A stretch of 64,000 nucleotides of DNA from Octopus bimaculoides (taxonomy: Eukaryota). A program made the translations under genes and the position numbers. The notes beneath the pieces are model-generated. The model was given only the letters and a program-made list of their open reading frames with translations. It did no database searches and had not been told where the DNA came from. The stretch spans positions 9,462,139 through 9,526,138 of the forward strand of contig NC_069008.1 of assembly GCF_001194135.2 (NCBI RefSeq), given 5' to 3'. Of the stretch, positions 59,905 through 64,000 are shown piece by piece; within the stretch, counting starts at the first letter, position 1; the number at the start of each line of letters is the position of its first letter.

Positions 59905-61185
59905 TTTTTCACACAGCTGTCCTCATTCATTCACAACACATGACCATACCAGTGCAGTCGTCTCTCTTGCACACCACATCTGATGCTTCTTAAGTCCAAC
60001 TTTTCTCTCAAGGCGCTTACACTCTGTTGAGTATGTACACTGTCATTACACACCCAGCAGAGCATACTGGTTTCATTCCTTGCAAGCTTACGCATGTCCT
60101 CAGCAGTCACGGCCTATGTTTCACTACCATGTAGTATAGCTGTTCGCATATGTATCATACAGTCTGCCTTTTACTCTGAGCGAGAGGCCCTTTTTCACCA
60201 GCAGAGGTAGGAGCTCTCTGAACTTTGCCCAGACTATCCTTACTCTAGCAGCTACACTTTCAGATCATCCATCCCTGCTACTGACTTGGTCACCTAGGTA
60301 ACAGAAGCTATCAACTACTATTAGTTTTTCTCCTTGGAATGTGACGGAAGTTGTTCTCTGCACATTTTCAGTGTTTATTGTTCCTGAGCATTTGCCACAC
60401 ACAAAAACTATTTTCTCAGTTAGCCTTCCTTTGATATTGCTGCACCTCTTATGTGCCCATAGCTTACACTGGGTACATCTTATGGTGTTTCTACCAACAC
60501 CTTTTCTACAGATCGAGCAGGACCATCTACCTGAAGGGATTTGTGATTTGTATAGCTCTCACTCACTGTTCATCTATCCCTAATTTCCTCATTGACCACC
60601 AGACAAGGGAGCAGGGGACCCTGTCAAAGGCTTTCTCCAAGTCAACAAAAGCCAGGTATAGAGGTTTATCTTTGGCTAGGTATTTCTCCTGCAGCTGTCT
60701 TACCAGAAATATAGCATCAGTGGTGCTTTTCCCTGGCACAAACCCAAACTGCATCTCATCTAGACTGACTCTCTCCCTAATTAGTTGGGCTATGACCCTC
60801 TCCGTTACTTTCATTACCTGATCTAACAACTTGACACCTCAGTAATTACTTGTATCTAATGCTTCATTAACTTTACCTTTGTAGCAGTTATTGGGTATGA
60901 CTCCTTCATGTATCACCTGGCTGAATATAGAGTTGACTAAATTATAGCTGACAGTGCCAGATATTCTAAGCATCTCTGCACTGATTCCTGATGGGCTGGG
61001 GGCTTTCCCTGTCTTCATACCCTTAATTGCTTTATCTACCAAGGTACTGTCAATTCAGATAGCTGGTCCCTTTGTTGGGTCGACATTCTGCAAACTCTCT
61101 TTCTCCCATTCATTCTCTTCATTTAGCAACCTTTCATAGTGGTGTCTCCAAGTCTCTCTCCTTGCAGCCTCATTAAATGCATGTG
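59905..61185 (-). mobile_element. RTE-clade LINE RT fragment
   Basis: HYERLLNEENEWEKE, KTGKAPSPSG, LDQVMKVTERVIAQLIR...QFGFVPGKSTTDAIFLVRQLQEKY..AFVDLEKAFDRVP. Confidence 0.88.
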
Positions 61186-61260
61186 ATATATATATATATA
61201 TAGATAGATAGATAGATCGATCAATAGATACACACACACACACACACATATATATGTATA

Positions 61261-61382
61261 TATATTAATAATAATAAAGGAGTTACGACGCAAAAACGTA
61301 TAAATTCAAATGAACATATTTAAATATGTTCATTTGAATTTATACGTTTTTGCATCGTAACTCCTTTATTATTATTAATATA
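61261..61382. repeat. 122-bp near-perfect palindrome (one mismatch) of a PLE pseudo-LTR-like terminus
   Basis: Centre GAACATATTT|AAATATGTTC; single mismatch at 61289/61354. Confidence 0.9.
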
Positions 61383-62524
61383 ACCAAAAGGATCGATTCT
61401 TGAAGAGTCTGCATACCTTCACTGTCGTTTTTTTCTGCTATTTTGGTGATGATCTTTTGAGTTAGCTTACCAATTATTTTTGTTGGTAGTTAATTTATAA
61501 TATATTTATATATATATATATATGTATAGAGTCTTAGAAGTGGTGTACAGATATTCTATAATGAAAAAAAAGAGGGTCCCTAGAATTTTGGAAAAAATTG
61601 TTTTATTTATTCATTATTATTAGCACTTTCACTAGCTTTCAAACTTGTCAAATAAAATTGTAAATGTGCGAACAGGTTGTTCATTTATATAAATCAGGTG
61701 TTTTTTGTTTTGTTTTCAAGAAGAGAACATTGTTTTTGCTTTTTTTTTTTGTTTTTTGGGTGAGGTTCCAGGACAATGGAGATAGATAGGTAGATAGATA
61801 GATACATACATACATACATTGATAGATAGCTTGACAGACTGATAGGTAGAGAGTGGGAAGAGGGAGGGATTTCTTTTCAATTTGGCATGTATTTACCATT
61901 TATTTAGTTAGTTACCATTGTATAGCTATTGACATGAGTTCAAGTGTGATGACCTCTCCAAGATGTCAGTTTTAGGATGGGGAAAATAATGAAAAAATGG
62001 ATGGGNNNNNNNNNNNNNNNNNNNNNNNNNNNNNNNNNNNNNNNNNNNNNNNNNNNNNNNNNNNNNNNNNNNNNNNNNNNNNNNNNNNNNNNNNNNNNNN
62101 NNNNTTTCTATGAAAAATTAAGTAGCCATGTGTGCCTGAGTTCATGTGTTTTGAAATATGTCTGTGTCTACACTGTAATTTCGATGCTTTGCATTGAAAA
62201 ATAAAGTTAGGTTTCTTTTAATTTCATGATTTTGCATAAACAAACATTAGTACAATATTTACATATTAGAAAAATAAAACCCAATGTTATAGAGATAGGT
62301 ATCAGAAACAACAGGAACAGTGTACTTTTATTTCCTTAAGGTGTCAGAAATAAGATAAGAAGCTTTATGAGAATTTTCCCAAACCATCACACTTTGTGCA
62401 ACTTCTCTGTTTTGTATTGAAAAATAAAGCCAGGTTTCTTTCAATTTCATGTTTTGCATGAACAATCAATATTTACAAATTAGAAAAATACCTAAAGTTA
62501 GAGTATCCCAACGTTATATATATA

Positions 62525-64000
62525 CCTGAATAATTATAGAGGGGAGCATCATGTTTCCAATATTGGAGCTACATTTAGAATCAAAATTCTCTGCTTTTCT
62601 TTCAAACATTCAATTGTGGAGAGAATTTTTTGATGAAGTGTAGTTCTATTGCTTTTCGGTATTGCAGTTATCCTGTGAACATTTTTGGTCATCCCGTGAA
62701 CATTTGTAAAAGAGTAAGATTTTGAATTTTTCATCGCTGCATATTTCCAGATGCTTCCTTAACAGAATCTTGCATAATTCCTCTTGTTGGATATGCTGCC
62801 TGTGGATTCTTGCACATTGACAAAGGGTATTATTTGTTTTGCCAAAGTAATTTTCTGTGCAGTTGGGGCAGGTAGTGCAATATATGAGGTTCTGCATTTT
62901 GCAGTTCATATCTGCATTTATTTTGAATGAGAATCCACTCTTGAATTTTATGTAGGAACCACTTTCTAAGCATTTAAAGTTGTTGTTGTGGTTGCATGTT
63001 CCATATCTCCTATCTCCACATTCTTTTACTAAGAATTCTAATTCATTCTCTGATGTGAATTCTGCTCTTGTGAGGTGTTTTTTAAGATTTTTTGGTTTGC
63101 ATCTATTATTCCGTAATGGTTTTTTCAATCGATTTTTCATTTTGGGGTTTTGTAGGAGTATAGGTAAGTTCGATTTTATGGCATAAAAGATGTTGGTTAT
63201 CCCAGGACGGTGTGTGTTAACAAACGGAATTGTGTGTTCATTAATTTTTTTCTTTAGGTGTCCATAGTTGGGTGATGCTCAGTTTCATTGCCTTTTTACT
63301 TCCCTCATTAATTAATCCTAAGGGGTATCTCTGCATTGTAAGGAAGCCTTTGAGCTCATTGAGTCGAATTTGAGATCAATCACTATAGCATAGATGTGTC
63401 TTTCCATGCTGTATGAGATGTTCCTTTTGATGTGTGATGGAAGGCAAGAGTAGAAATTTAAATATTGGTGTGTCAGTTCTTTTGTAAAATATGTCTGTTG
63501 TGGCTGTTGAGTTCTGTATTTTTATGTGGATATCCAGGAATGGTAGTTCATTGCAAATGGATTCTGTCATGAATTTGTTGGATGGTTGAAGTGTGTTCAG
63601 TATATTGTTAAATATACTTAGGTCCTCATTTGATCTGTCCCAAAAGATGAAGTAATCATTAAGGAAACGTTTCCACTTCTTAATGATATATTTCTTGTAC
63701 TCCTGGACAAAAGTTTTCTCTACTACCTCATAAAGTTTTTCTTCCAAGTATCTCATGACTAAGTTTGCATATGAGGGTGCAAGCTGCGTCCCCAAAGCCA
63801 TTGCCTTTACTGTCGATATGTTTTATTATCAAATCTAAATGTATTTTCTTCCAGTGTGTGGCCTTGGTGATGAAGTGTTCAGTTATCCATCCTCTGTTTC
63901 TCTACCCAGTGTTTGACTGCTTCTAGGCCTCAAGCATGAGGTATATTCGTATAAAGATTGGTGACATCAAAACTTATTACTACCCTCTGGGACAGTGGGT
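62525..64000 (-). mobile_element. Penelope-like element (Neptune-like: RT, Cys-rich linker, GIY-YIG), running off the right edge
   Basis: MALGTQLAPSYANL, WKRFLND.FIFW, ELPFLDI.I, TDIFYK.TD; CGDRRYGTC; NLIYCTTCPNC.ENYFGKT. Ends next to TATATA at about 62520. Confidence 0.85.

Noticed and set aside
62105-62515. Degenerate ~220-bp direct duplication
   Set aside because: It is probably subterminal repeats of an AT-rich DNA transposon truncated by the gap, with nothing further to support.

Overview
Eukaryotic, AT-rich, repeat-dense draft genomic DNA with several N gaps. The repeat families look like those of a cephalopod (Octopus); this is an inference from recognised repeats, not a database result. 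The only host gene I can support is a centrin-3 (CETN3) orthologue on the minus strand. Three short coding exons were recovered by hand (43339-43355, 20590-20725, 13969-14083; 17, 136 and 115 nt, with GT/AG sites and consistent phases). They translate to [89 protein letters not shown]. The remaining exons were not found and probably lie left of the window. Almost everything else is transposon debris: RTE, L1/Tx1, CR1-like and R4/Dong-like LINEs, at least three lineages of Penelope-like elements (PLEs), Helitron, Tc1/mariner, Merlin and hAT relics, tRNA-derived SINEs, MITE/foldback elements and microsatellites. The most interesting signals are: (i) three well-formed minimal type-I hammerhead ribozymes in PLE pseudo-LTRs, two of them on the centrin sense strand and sharing the same palindromic dimerisation stem; (ii) a foldback element built from two hammerhead-like arms; (iii) an inverted SINE pair tightly enclosing centrin exon 2; (iv) an RFX X-box-like motif just upstream of the centrin ATG. 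There is no evidence of a prokaryotic-type system such as CRISPR or an operon. Transposon boundaries are approximate unless TIR/TSD coordinates are given.
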